In this document: piece by piece, positions 31,963 through 41,372 of the stretch
Layout: each line of letters starts with the position of its first letter
How positions within the stretch are numbered: position 1 is the stretch's first letter
Source: an uncultured delta proteobacterium
GTDB taxonomy: Bacteria; Myxococcota_A; UBA9160; UBA4427
NCBI GenBank assembly: GCA_963822965.1
Contig: CAWGJT010000005.1
Location: 864,001-928,000, forward strand
Length of the DNA stretch: 64,000 bases
Direction of reading: 5' to 3'
Program-made: the position numbers and the translations under genes
The notes under the pieces: generated by a model
The model's database searches: none
Told to the model about the DNA's origin: nothing
What the model saw: the letters and a program-made list of their open reading frames with translations, nothing else

Positions 31963-32469
31963 CTAGTAGTCGAACGTCAGCTGGTGGATCTCGGTCGTCT
32001 GGCTCGAGCCGAAGGGCGTCGCTCCTTCGAGCGCGATCGACAGCTCGAAGCGGCCCAGGAGCCGGAAGCCTTCCCGATGGAAGAACCGGATCGCTTCGAG
32101 ATTGCGGGCAACGGGCCGCACGTTGACGTACTTGACGCCGAGACTACGAGACTCGGCGATCGCACGCTGTGCCAGCAGTGCGCCCAGCCCATGGCTCCGC
32201 TGCCCCGGCTCGACGACGATCGGCTCCAGCTCGGACTCCTCGCCGCTCACGAGAAGGCCGCACAGCCCGAGAACCCGACCCGCACGCTCGACGACCCAGA
32301 GCCGATGCAGATCGGACCGCGCGCGGTACTCGTCGAACTCCATGCCCGGATCCGACCCGCCCAGCGTCGGGTCCTGGTAGATGTCGCGGTGGCGCTGCGT
32401 CAGGTGGCGCCACAGCTCGCGACAGCGCTCCAGGTCGCCGGGCAGATACTCGCGAATCGAAGTCGACAC
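31963..32469 (-). CDS. GNAT family N-acetyltransferase
   Basis: GAGGAG RBS, GTG start; VVEPGQRSHGLG, NLEAIRFF. Confidence 0.8.
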   Translation of the reverse strand: MSTSIREYLPGDLERCRELWRHLTQRHRDIYQDPTLGGSDPGMEFDEYRARSDLHRLWVVERAGRVLGLCGLLVSGEESELEPIVVEPGQRSHGLGALLAQRAIAESRSLGVKYVNVRPVARNLEAIRFFHREGFRLLGRFELSIALEGATPFGSSQTTEIHQLTFDY

Positions 32470-32554
32470 GTACTCCTCGCGCCGCTGAGGGGTCGCCTCC
32501 CGGCCACCCCTCATTCCACGGCGAGTGTAGCGCCACCAGCGGCCCGCTCGCGCT

Positions 32555-33343
32555 TCACGGTGTCGGGGACGCGGCACCCAGCGCACGCATCAGTGCGTCG
32601 TGAATGAGGCCATTCGAGTAGCGCCCTTCCCCTCGGTCGATGCGACGGCCGTTCGCGGCGTCCGAGAACCGGCCACCCGCCTCCTCGACGAGCACGACCG
32701 CGGGCGCGTGGTCCCACGTTCGTCCGGTCGGATCGACGACGGCGTCGAGGCTTCCCTCTGCGAGATGAAGGATCGCATCCAGATCCGCCGCGGCGAGCGT
32801 CGCGGTTGCGCGAACCCGGTCGATCGACACGTGAGGCGGCTGGGCCCACACGGCGACGGCGCTCGCGCCGAGCGTCGCCGTGCTGGAAACGCGAACGGGG
32901 ACCGCACTCGTAGCGGGCGATCCGACCCGCCCCTTGTAGGCGCCACGCCCTCGAGCTGCCCACCAGCACTCTCCCCGAACCGGACGCGAGATGACGCCGA
33001 GGACGACCTCGCCTCCGCTCTCGAGGGCAATGTGGGTGCCCCACTGGGGACGGCCCGCGATGAAGTTCGCGGTGCCGTCGATCGGATCGAGAATCCATCG
33101 ACGCTCGTCGGGACCTCGGGCTCCGAGCTCCTCGCCCAGGATGCCGTCGTCCGGGCGGCGCCTCGTCAGCTGTTCGACGAGGAACTGCTCGACTTCGAGG
33201 TCGACGTTCGTCACCTCGCTTCCGTCCGGCTTCCGGTGGACCTCGACCTCGTGACGGAAGAACCGCAGGGCGATCTCGCTGGCCCCGAGTGCCAGCTCGT
33301 GGACGAGCTCGAGGTCTTCCGAGAGCGCCGTCGCAGGAGTCAT
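32555..33343 (-). CDS. Inositol monophosphatase family protein (HisN-like)
   Basis: GEE, WILDPIDGT, WDHAP, EEAGG. Confidence 0.85.
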   Translation of the reverse strand: MTPATALSEDLELVHELALGASEIALRFFRHEVEVHRKPDGSEVTNVDLEVEQFLVEQLTRRRPDDGILGEELGARGPDERRWILDPIDGTANFIAGRPQWGTHIALESGGEVVLGVISRPVRGECWWAARGRGAYKGRVGSPATSAVPVRVSSTATLGASAVAVWAQPPHVSIDRVRATATLAAADLDAILHLAEGSLDAVVDPTGRTWDHAPAVVLVEEAGGRFSDAANGRRIDRGEGRYSNGLIHDALMRALGAASPTP

Positions 33344-33435
33344 GTGGGCCCATCCGCGATGGCCGAAACGTAGCCGACGTGCGACTGGCAGGGCACTCGG
33401 CGGCCCCGGAATCGGCCGGCGCGCAGAGGGCACGC

Positions 33436-34380
33436 CTAGCCGGCTGGGACGAGCTCGCGTTCGAGCGCGTCGCGATCCCAACCCGCGTTGTCCGCCGCTG
33501 CCGCATACGTGGTCTCGAGAAACCCGAGGAGCACCTCGTCGGGAGATGCAGACTGCCGGACTTCGTCGTACGGAAGCAGGAACTCGCCCAGCTGGCTGGA
33601 GTAGGAGGCTGCCGGGGGCGAAACCTTCGCCTTCGAGAATCCGTCCGGCGCCGGATAGGCGTACGAATAGAACGATGCGTGCTCGACTCCACCCCCGCCG
33701 GGCCAGAACCCGGCGCTGCTCACCTCGTGCGAGTAGGCCTCGCGAGCGACCCAGTTCGGGAAGTGGGGAACGCCGCCGGGATGGGGAGGCGCCTCCCTGC
33801 CCGAGAAGCGCGTGACGGCCAGATCGAAGCTCCCCCAGAAGAAGTGGACCGGGCTGCACTTCCCGATGAAGCGCGAGCGAAACTCCTTGAAGACGCGATC
33901 GACCTGCACCAGCGCGCGCCAGAACCGAGTGGCGGCGTCGTGGTCGTAGGGACGGCGCTCCGTGTCGTTCTCGAACGGGATCGCGTCCGCCAGCTCGCTG
34001 GGCGTCGTGTGGATCCGGATGTGGAAGCCCAGCGAAGCGAGCGCGTCGAGGACCTGCCGGTAGAAGTCCGATACCGGACGAGGCTCGAGGGCAATGGATC
34101 GCTGCGCTCCATCGACCGCCTGGATCACCAGTCGCCGACCGAGCAGATCGAAGTCGATCTCGAAGGCTCTGCCGGCGTAGGGAATCAGCGAGGTGCCGAG
34201 GCCGCGCGCGGTCACATAGAGAGGCACGTGCCAGGAGTGGTTGGTCCACGGGGTCTGCACCAGCCGGATCTTGCCGACGACCTGGGTCCACAGGTGAAGC
34301 GTGGCCGCCGTATCGGACCACGCCTCGAAGGGAATCTCCGGCCAATCTGCGCTCTCGGAGCGGTTGATGGGGTTCGCCAC
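33436..34380 (-). CDS. DUF5996-like protein
   Basis: TLHLWTQVVGK, NHSWH, HFFWGSFDLA, EAYSHEVSSAGFWPG. Confidence 0.8.
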   Translation of the reverse strand: MANPINRSESADWPEIPFEAWSDTAATLHLWTQVVGKIRLVQTPWTNHSWHVPLYVTARGLGTSLIPYAGRAFEIDFDLLGRRLVIQAVDGAQRSIALEPRPVSDFYRQVLDALASLGFHIRIHTTPSELADAIPFENDTERRPYDHDAATRFWRALVQVDRVFKEFRSRFIGKCSPVHFFWGSFDLAVTRFSGREAPPHPGGVPHFPNWVAREAYSHEVSSAGFWPGGGGVEHASFYSYAYPAPDGFSKAKVSPPAASYSSQLGEFLLPYDEVRQSASPDEVLLGFLETTYAAAADNAGWDRDALERELVPAG

Positions 34381-34395
34381 ATCGACTCCCTTCCC

Positions 34396-35097
34396 TCAGC
34401 GCCCGGCCACCGGCAGCCACGAGTAGGCTGCTTGGAGGGCCTCTCGCGCCTCTGCGCCGAGCGGCGCCCCGTGGCCCAGGATGACGCGGTCGAAGGGGAG
34501 CGCCAACAGCTCGTCGAGACTGCGACGCAGGGCGGCCCGATCGGAGACGCCGGTCCAACGGATCATGCGGCTCAGCGCGACGCGGTCGAAGAAGCCCATC
34601 GCGCGCGTGTAGAGCTTCGTCCAGGGATGCGCCGGTCGACCGACGTTGTGCACCAGGTCCGCGACGACCAGCACGCGCGCCGGCCGGTAGAAGAGCTCGC
34701 TCTCCTCCAGCCTGAAGCCGTCGATGCGCACCTCGTCGATGACACCCGCGAAGGCTGGCTCGGGAGCCGCAGGATGCGCTCGATCGATCCGCAGATCGGG
34801 ACGCTTCGTGGCGAGCCCCGCCGGGGCGTGCACCCGCGCCGAAGGGAACCGGCCGGCCCACTCACCGACCCTTAGATGATGGAAGAGGTTCGGCGCGTAG
34901 AGGTGCGCCACGGGTCCGAGCGCCTCGACGGCGGCCAGCCGCTCGGTGGTCATGGCGATCGGCGAGTGAAGCAGCAGGCTTCCATCGGCCAGCCGGAGCA
35001 CCGTCATCGTCGCGGTGAGCTGCATCCCGAGGAAGCCCACCGGCCCGGTGTCCGTCCACACCCCTTCGGCAAAGGGAGTCAGCTGGGCTACGCCCAT
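34396..35097 (-). CDS. DUF4336-like metallo-beta-lactamase-fold protein
   Basis: MTVLRL, LHSP, APNLFHH, VADL, ILGHG. Confidence 0.75.
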   Translation of the reverse strand: MGVAQLTPFAEGVWTDTGPVGFLGMQLTATMTVLRLADGSLLLHSPIAMTTERLAAVEALGPVAHLYAPNLFHHLRVGEWAGRFPSARVHAPAGLATKRPDLRIDRAHPAAPEPAFAGVIDEVRIDGFRLEESELFYRPARVLVVADLVHNVGRPAHPWTKLYTRAMGFFDRVALSRMIRWTGVSDRAALRRSLDELLALPFDRVILGHGAPLGAEAREALQAAYSWLPVAGR

Positions 35098-35321
35098 GTC
35101 TCGATGAGATCGTAGGGACACGGCATCCGCCGCCTTCGACTAGCCTGCCGACCGCCGCGGTCGACCCGCTCGATTGTACCGGCTGGATCCCCTCTCGAGA
35201 AATTCCTTCAGAAGCGCATGGACGTCAGACGGCAGCACGTGCTCCCTGACGGAGACCGTTTGCGGTGAGCGGAGCGTCAGGCGCCGCAGCAGCCCCTCGG
35301 CTCGCCTTCGCGACGTCGATG

Positions 35322-35738
35322 TCAGCCAGACCCACTTTCCTTCCCGTGTCCCGCCGGCAGCCGAGCGCCGCGCTCCTCGAGAAGCTCGCGGAGAACCGAC
35401 CGGTGGCATCGTGATTCATCCGCGCAGTAGCACCCGACCGAGAAGTTCGACCGGTGTGACATCGCGGCCAACAAGTCGAGGATTCGCTTCTTGTCCGGCG
35501 AGGACATTTCGGCGCGGTATCGCTTCACGAAGGTGGCCCATTCTCTGTCGGTGTCCGCAGCCTGGGCGATCTTCAGGGTTCGAGCGCTCGGAGCCAACTC
35601 TGGAAACCACACGTCGTACCAGTTCTGTGCGGCGTGCTGGTCCTTCGGAACACCCCGAGGCGGATGCCTCACTGTCCCGATGCGGAGACCTTCGTGCCGC
35701 GCTCGAGCCGTACCGAGCCGAACGATGCGTACCGTCAT
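35322..35738 (-). CDS. DUF488 family protein
   Basis: WFPELAPS, RYRAEM, CYCADESRCHRS. Confidence 0.8.
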   Translation of the reverse strand: MTVRIVRLGTARARHEGLRIGTVRHPPRGVPKDQHAAQNWYDVWFPELAPSARTLKIAQAADTDREWATFVKRYRAEMSSPDKKRILDLLAAMSHRSNFSVGCYCADESRCHRSVLRELLEERGARLPAGHGKESGSG

Positions 35739-35777
35739 CGGGCTCGACCCGGTGTGGCCATGTCTTCGCCCAACGGT

Positions 35778-37388
35778 TCATCGGACCACTTCGACCTCGC
35801 TCGGCCGCCAGCTCTTGTCGAAGAATGGCTCCAGCGGGCTGTAGAGCCGCAGGATCACGAACCAGCCCTTGCCCGGCACGGTCTGGATCCAGTTGCCGCG
35901 TTTCACGCCCTCGGGCTGCTTGGGGGCGAAGTACACCGTCGTGGAGCCATTGCGGCTCGGCTCGGCGGCAGGTGACGGATAGCTCTGGCTGCCGGCGCGC
36001 GGGTAGCGCTGTGGCGTGTCGAGCATCGAGCGCGTCATGTTGTCATACAGCGTGAGCGACCAGAAGTTCGCCTCCGGAATCCCCTTGGGCAGGGTCACCT
36101 TGTAGGCCTTGCCACCGTCGAAGTACTGCTTGTCCGCGTCCAGCATGGCCACGAGGTACTGCGAGCCGATACCGGTCAAACGCATGGCCATGGCGGGCGT
36201 GATTCCAGTGATGCCGTAGAAGAAGCTCGTGCGCGCGTCGAGCGTCCGGTAGCCGGTGGACGGGTGCAGCTTGACGCCATTGCGCGTGATCTGCGGGATC
36301 GGCGTCTCGAACTCGTAGCCGGTCTCGAACAGATAGTTGAACCACGACGAGTCCGGGTAGTAGAACCAGCTCGGGTCACGCGGGTGCATGAAGAGCGTGC
36401 GCGAGGCGGCGTTGGCCACCGCCAGCGCCTCAGTCATGATCTTCTTCATGCGTGCATCGGGCTCGAACTTCTTGCCCTTGACGATGCCGATGGCAGCGAT
36501 CGGCCCCATCAGCTCCGGGTCGAGCGATCCGGCGGGCTCCTGCTGCACGATCTCGTCGAGCAGCTGATAGAACGTCCAGTCGCTGGGCGGCACCGTGTTC
36601 ATCACCTTGCCGCTGCCCTCGTGGAACACGGTCGCCGGCGGCGCGGCGATCTTGGCCAGGGGGGCCTTCCCGGCCAGGAACTCGGCGAGGGGTGTGCCGA
36701 GACCGCCGGCCTCGTACGGATAGACCTTGAGGTGCTTGCGGATCGAGTCGGCTGCCGGCTTGGGGTCGTTCTTGTTCTCGATGAAGGCGCGGCCGAACCA
36801 GAGCACGCGAGTAGTCCGCGCGTGGGCCACGGAGAACCCACCCTCGGGCAGCGGACCCTCGTAGCCCGGCGGAACGATCAGATACGTTCCGCCCTCGCCG
36901 CGGTCGGCGCCAGGCAAGCCGATGTCCGTGACCCATCGGAACCAGTAGTCGTCGACGACGCCGAGAAACCTGGGGGGCGTCTCGATCACCATCGGGCCCT
37001 TCGAGAGATCGAGGACACCCAGCGCATACACGGTGTCGGCGTTGGCGGTGAGAAAGAGTGACTTGGCATCCATCAGATCCGAGAAGATCATGACCTCGTT
37101 GTCTTTCACGCCGGCGGCCAGGAAGCCCTTGTGGGCCGCACGGATGCTGACCCCGGAGAGCGTGTTCACGAACGTCTCGTAGGCATGCGTGAAGTCGATG
37201 TGCTCGTACATCTTTTCGGTGGTCGCCTTGCTCGGCGCGCCATTCTGGAACTCGAGCGTACCGAGGCGCGTCTCGACCTTGTCGGGCGTAGTGAGCGCCG
37301 TGGGGACTGCAGCGGACGCCTGAGCCGTGGCCAGGCGCGGTGCTGCCAGCAAGACACAGGCGGCCAACACCGTCAGCGGCGTCGTCAT
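35778..37388 (-). CDS. DUF1254/DUF1214 domain secreted protein
   Basis: Signal peptide; LTANADTVY, GSQY, FWSLTLYD, NWIQT, LRLYSP. Confidence 0.85.
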   Translation of the reverse strand: MTTPLTVLAACVLLAAPRLATAQASAAVPTALTTPDKVETRLGTLEFQNGAPSKATTEKMYEHIDFTHAYETFVNTLSGVSIRAAHKGFLAAGVKDNEVMIFSDLMDAKSLFLTANADTVYALGVLDLSKGPMVIETPPRFLGVVDDYWFRWVTDIGLPGADRGEGGTYLIVPPGYEGPLPEGGFSVAHARTTRVLWFGRAFIENKNDPKPAADSIRKHLKVYPYEAGGLGTPLAEFLAGKAPLAKIAAPPATVFHEGSGKVMNTVPPSDWTFYQLLDEIVQQEPAGSLDPELMGPIAAIGIVKGKKFEPDARMKKIMTEALAVANAASRTLFMHPRDPSWFYYPDSSWFNYLFETGYEFETPIPQITRNGVKLHPSTGYRTLDARTSFFYGITGITPAMAMRLTGIGSQYLVAMLDADKQYFDGGKAYKVTLPKGIPEANFWSLTLYDNMTRSMLDTPQRYPRAGSQSYPSPAAEPSRNGSTTVYFAPKQPEGVKRGNWIQTVPGKGWFVILRLYSPLEPFFDKSWRPSEVEVVR

Positions 37389-37903
37389 CTTCTTTATCGA
37401 TTTCTCTCCTAGCTCTCGGCCAAGCGAATTCTCGGATCCAGGGCGAGCGGCGGCCAGCCAACGGATCGGCGTTCGGCGGCGGGCGTCGACCTGCTGCTGC
37501 GGCTCGAAACCCCTCGGCGCGACGTGACTCTAGCACGCCTCATTTCGGCACAGCAGTGTTGCGAGGCTGAATGCAAGCATCACCCCGAAGCGGAAGAGAT
37601 CGAACGACGTCTCCTTGCAACTCCAGCGAGCCTGAAAGATGGCAACGATGCTGGCGAACCCCGCAAAGGCCACTGCGACCTCCGCGAGCGTCGGTAACAC
37701 CTCGCTCGGCTCCGCTGTGAACGGCAAACGTTCACCCGCGATGAAGCCCGGCTCGCCGTCTTCGAGTGCATCGAAGGGTTCTAAAGCCGAACGCGTCTCC
37801 ACGCCACAATCGGCTACTGATCGCCCGACGAATATGAGCGACTGGAACCCGTTGCTCGACCCCGTGTCTACTCTTCCACTCTTACTCTACCGGGGCAAGA
37901 TCC

Positions 37904-37927
37904 GTCCGCTGCAACCGATTGTCAGGC
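37904..37927 (-). other. Truncated attC remnant (R''/L'' arm only)
   Basis: gtccgctgcaaccgattgtcaggc aligns with the gtccgctgcaacgccttgttagac arm of attC1; partner arm absent. Confidence 0.55.
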
Positions 37928-38314
37928 GGCGCCCTGATGAACGCGCCGCGTGACTCCACGCGGAGTGAGAGTGCCGAGCACGATAGCGACGAGCAACAAC
38001 GCGGCAACATCGCCAACCAGGTGACCGCGTTCCGCAGGATCGACGATGGCTTGTACGGCCATTATCCCGCCGTGTACCGCGCTCGACCAAACGGTGAACC
38101 AGATCAGGCTCAGGTGGGCGTCGGGCTCGCGCGAAGCCCAGATCAGAAAGACTCCGAGCGTTGCGTAGATACCCACGATCATCTGCTCGTACTCGTACTG
38201 ACCGGGCTGCCAAGCCCAGCCGGAGGGCCAAACCACCATCAGCGGGTACACGAGGAGAAACGCGACGCCGAATGCGATCAGCGCGGCGCGGAGCAACCTA
38301 TTTCGTTCCGGCAT
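37922..38314 (-). CDS. Cassette gene, small membrane protein (DUF6632-like)
   Basis: WPSGWAW, MIVGIYATLG, WFTVWSSAVHG; stop codon lies in the R'' remnant. Confidence 0.75.
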   Translation of the reverse strand: MPERNRLLRAALIAFGVAFLLVYPLMVVWPSGWAWQPGQYEYEQMIVGIYATLGVFLIWASREPDAHLSLIWFTVWSSAVHGGIMAVQAIVDPAERGHLVGDVAALLLVAIVLGTLTPRGVTRRVHQGAA

Positions 38315-38469
38315 GGTTTGAACTCCCTCGCTTCGTTGGCGCGGCCCTCTATGTTGGCCATTCCGTCAACCCCCGCGGCCGACGCTGTTCGATTCTACAT
38401 GGCCCACACTCCCCGGGGTAGCCTCTCATCCGACGACCTGGCGGCTTCCGGGCGACGTCCGGACCACGC

Positions 38470-38640
38470 CGAACCACCTTCTATCCGTGCCGAGGACCCC
38501 GCCTCGAGCACAAGAGCCCGTGTGCGCGCGAGCGCGAACTGTGAAGCCTCGGCGCGGGCAGCCCCATCTAACGGGCGGCGCCGATTGCTCGACACCCGGC
38601 GGCGTAACGAGCCACCCGCTCCCAGCTCGGATTCGATCTC
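38470..38640 (-). ncRNA. Putative bridge/seek RNA of IS110 type A (limits approximate; also at 42567-42737 and 47031-47201)
   Basis: Minus strand: cgccgcc-hairpin-ccgttag (attC target), then ggctctt-hairpin-atagaag (circle junction). Confidence 0.7.
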
Positions 38641-38721
38641 CCCTCTTCCCCTCGAAAGCCTCTTCCGCCCCGCGGCCGTCAGGCCGCGGGCCTCAGGCAC
38701 GGCCCCAGAGAACGAGCCGAT

Positions 38722-39897
38722 CTACCACCGCACCCGCAGATCCGTCTTCAGCTCCGCCCCCTCCGGCAACACCCCCGTCTCCACGAACCGCCACAGCGCC
38801 ACCAGGAGCTTCCGCGCCAGCGCCACGATCCCGATCTTCCGGATCCGCGGGCTGCCGGACCCGAAGCGGCGCTCGTACCACTTCGACAGCGCGCTCTCTG
38901 GCTGGAACCGCAGCCACGACCACGCCAGCTCGATGGCACTGCCCCGGATGTGACGACTCCCATCCTTCCCGATCCCCTGCTCCCGGAACCGCTTGCCGCT
39001 GTCCTGCGGCGTCGGAGTGAGACCGGCCAGCGATCCCACCTCCTTGCCGCTCCGGAAGGTCCGCCAGCCGAAGAACTCCATGCTGTACAACCACGCCGTG
39101 TTCACCCCCACCCCCCGCAACGTGAACAGCTGCTGCGCCTTGGCCACGGCGAGATCCTCGGGCTCCTTCTCCTGCAGCTGATGCCGGCGCTCCGCCTCGA
39201 GCGCTCGGATCCGGGTCGTGAAGTACGCGTAGTCGGTGGCGTAGCGCTGCAACCGGGCCGCCAACGCGGGCGGGAGCTCGCTCCCGTCCCACAGCCGCAG
39301 GCCCGAGAGCCGCTCCGACAGATCCTTCCAGCCTCGGAGCACGAGCCCGTGGTTCGCGAGCAGGCTCTTGATCCGGTTGCTCACGCGGGTCCGATCTGCC
39401 TTGGCGCTTCGGAGCTCGCGGTGCAGGTGTCGTCGGTCCTCCTCCGCCACCGAGGGAACCCGCACCACGCTGAAGACCGGCTTCGCGCTCCCGGCCAGGT
39501 GCCGCGCCAACAGATCACACAGCGCCGCCAGATCCAGCCGGTCCGTCTTCGCGCGTCGCCGCTTCTGCGGCCTCTCGATGCTGGCCGAGTCGATCACCAG
39601 GCTCTCGACGCCTTCCGACTCGAGCCAGCGGTGCAGCCAGAAGCCGTCGCGCCCGGCCTCGTAGCAGCTCACGATCCGAGCGTCGGCGGGCAAGCCGAGC
39701 TTCTTGCGCGCCCACGCGATCTGTACCCGGAGACCCTGCCGGTCTCGCGATGCGAGGTTCCGCACGAGCGGGGTCTGCCCGAACGCCGAGCTGAACCCGA
39801 CCTTCCACTTCTCTTCGCCCAGCTCGAGGGCCAGCATCAGAGTCGGGGTCGCTGCGGTAATCTCGACCGTCGAGGTCGCTGCCGTTTTCTTGGACAA
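38722..39897 (-). CDS. IS110-family transposase/recombinase (type A)
   Basis: GGAGG RBS + TTG start; LALELG, CYEAG, AKTDRLD, QDSG, IVALARKL. Confidence 0.92.
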   Translation of the reverse strand: MSKKTAATSTVEITAATPTLMLALELGEEKWKVGFSSAFGQTPLVRNLASRDRQGLRVQIAWARKKLGLPADARIVSCYEAGRDGFWLHRWLESEGVESLVIDSASIERPQKRRRAKTDRLDLAALCDLLARHLAGSAKPVFSVVRVPSVAEEDRRHLHRELRSAKADRTRVSNRIKSLLANHGLVLRGWKDLSERLSGLRLWDGSELPPALAARLQRYATDYAYFTTRIRALEAERRHQLQEKEPEDLAVAKAQQLFTLRGVGVNTAWLYSMEFFGWRTFRSGKEVGSLAGLTPTPQDSGKRFREQGIGKDGSRHIRGSAIELAWSWLRFQPESALSKWYERRFGSGSPRIRKIGIVALARKLLVALWRFVETGVLPEGAELKTDLRVRW

Positions 39898-39994
39898 GGT
39901 GTCCCTCCAGTGTGTTTGAAGTTCACAAAGGAGGTTAACGGCAGCGGCCTTCTGCGTTCCGGAGCCCATCGCTCATAGGCTCTTGTATATCGCC

Positions 39995-40155
39995 CGCACG
40001 CTTCTGCGGTGCGATGTTGATGTCTGACCCGGGGAGATCGCCGCTGTCTGAGGCCACCGAGCCTGTCCGTTAGATGGATCCCCCGCCCTCTTTGCCCATG
40101 CCGCGGAGTATCTGAGGCCCAGTGAGCCTGCATCTACAAGGCCGGTAGGCAACGG
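39995..40155 (+). ncRNA. Putative bridge RNA of IS110 type B (limits approximate)
   Basis: Target loop ccgctgtCT(40041-49)-aggc/gcct hairpin-tccgttag(40066-73); donor loop ggagtatCT(40105-13)-aggc/gcct hairpin-tacaag(40135-40). Confidence 0.85.
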
Positions 40156-40204
40156 TTCAGGGTCGGGGGACCCGGGTCCCATCGTACTACGAGGGAGGAA
40201 GAAG

Positions 40205-41200
40205 ATGAAGTCGCGAGGACTCGTGGGGATCGACGTGGGTGCCACGGAGCTCGTCCTGGCTCTGGAGCGGGCCGGAGGCGCGCTCCAGGAAGCCGTCTTC
40301 GCCAACGATCCGGTGGGGCATCGGAAGCTGATCCGGTACCTGACCCGTCGCGGTGCGCAGGCGCGCGTGTGTGTCGAGGCCACCGGTGTCTACCACCTCG
40401 ATCTGTGCCTCGCGCTTCATGAAGCACCTCGACTCGAGGTCATGGTGGTCAACCCCAGAGCCGCCAAGGACTTTGCGCGGGCTCAGCTGAAGCGGTCCAA
40501 GACGGATCGCGTCGATGCGAAGTCACTGCTCGAGTTCGTTCGCCGGATGGACTTCGCGGCCTGGCTGCCTCCGGCACCCTCGATCCTGGCGCTACGAGGC
40601 CTCTCGCGCCGGATCCAGGCACTTCTCGTGAACCGCGCCCAAGAGAAGAACAGACTCCATGCCGACTGCGCGGTTACGAAGACCAGCCCCGTGATCCGAG
40701 AAAGCCTCGAGCGGCACATCGCTGGAATCAATACCGAGATCGAGCTGCTGGCAAACGCGGCAAAGGACCGAATCGCTGCCGACTCGTCTCTGCAGCGGAA
40801 GTTCCAGCACCTCACATCGGTGAAGGGAATCGCAGAGGCCAGCGCGATCACGATCCTTGCCGAACTCGCGGTCCTGCCCGAGGACATGTCGGCTCGCCAG
40901 TGGGTCGCACACGCCGGCATCGATCCACGCTATGCCGACTCGGGCAGCTCGGTCCGCGGCCAGGTGCGCATCAGCAAGGTCGGCAATCGACACCTGCGAC
41001 GTGCGCTCTTCCTCCCGGCCATGGTCGCGAGCCAGCACGAGCCGCAGATCCGAGCCTTCTATCAGAAGCTCGTCGCCAGAGGAAAGAAGCCCATGCAGGC
41101 GCTCGTCGCCGTCATGCGCAAGCTCCTACACGCCATCTACGGCATGTTCCGAAGCGACGCAGACTTCGACGGAACGAAGTTCTTTGCGATGAAGGCTTGA
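40205..41200 (+). CDS. IS110-family transposase/recombinase (type B), intact
   Basis: GIDVG, VEATG, KTDRVD (DEDD), ADSGSS, VAVMRKL. Confidence 0.95.
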   Translation: MKSRGLVGIDVGATELVLALERAGGALQEAVFANDPVGHRKLIRYLTRRGAQARVCVEATGVYHLDLCLALHEAPRLEVMVVNPRAAKDFARAQLKRSKTDRVDAKSLLEFVRRMDFAAWLPPAPSILALRGLSRRIQALLVNRAQEKNRLHADCAVTKTSPVIRESLERHIAGINTEIELLANAAKDRIAADSSLQRKFQHLTSVKGIAEASAITILAELAVLPEDMSARQWVAHAGIDPRYADSGSSVRGQVRISKVGNRHLRRALFLPAMVASQHEPQIRAFYQKLVARGKKPMQALVAVMRKLLHAIYGMFRSDADFDGTKFFAMKA

Positions 41201-41213
41201 CGTCGAAGGGAGT

Positions 41214-41348
41214 ATCTAACGGATCGGCGTTCAGCGGCCAGCAACAGCGCCTCTGAGGCCGCCCGAAGCGCCAGAGGTTGACGCCAGAAGACTACCAAAC
41301 CACAATTGAGAGGCGCTGTTGGCCGTCCGCTGCAACGCCTTGTTAGAC
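41214..41348 (-). other. attC site 1
   Basis: Minus: GTCTAAC-aaggc-GTTGCAGC...GCTGAAC-gccgatcc-GTTAGAT; long imperfect inverted repeat. Confidence 0.9.
41278..41306 (+). promoter_or_regulatory. Candidate sigma70 promoter for the TA cassette, inside attC1
   Basis: TTGACG-N17-CACAAT, about 65 bp upstream of the antitoxin ATG. Confidence 0.5.
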
Positions 41349-41372
41349 CGGCCGGGCAAGGAGGTCGCACAC

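Larger units (their letters stand above)
38348..39983 (-). mobile_element. IS110-family element type A, copy 1 (1636 bp), inserted in attC R' box
   Basis: Repeated at 42445-44077 and 46909-48544; ends tctatgttgg...cataggctCT; long non-coding end 3' of the transposase. Confidence 0.92.
39984..41217 (+). mobile_element. IS110-family element type B, inserted at CT core between type A end and attC1
   Basis: The empty-site junction cataggctCTaacggatcgg (intact at 48535-48554) is split here; CT at 39982-39983 and 41216-41217. Confidence 0.92.
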
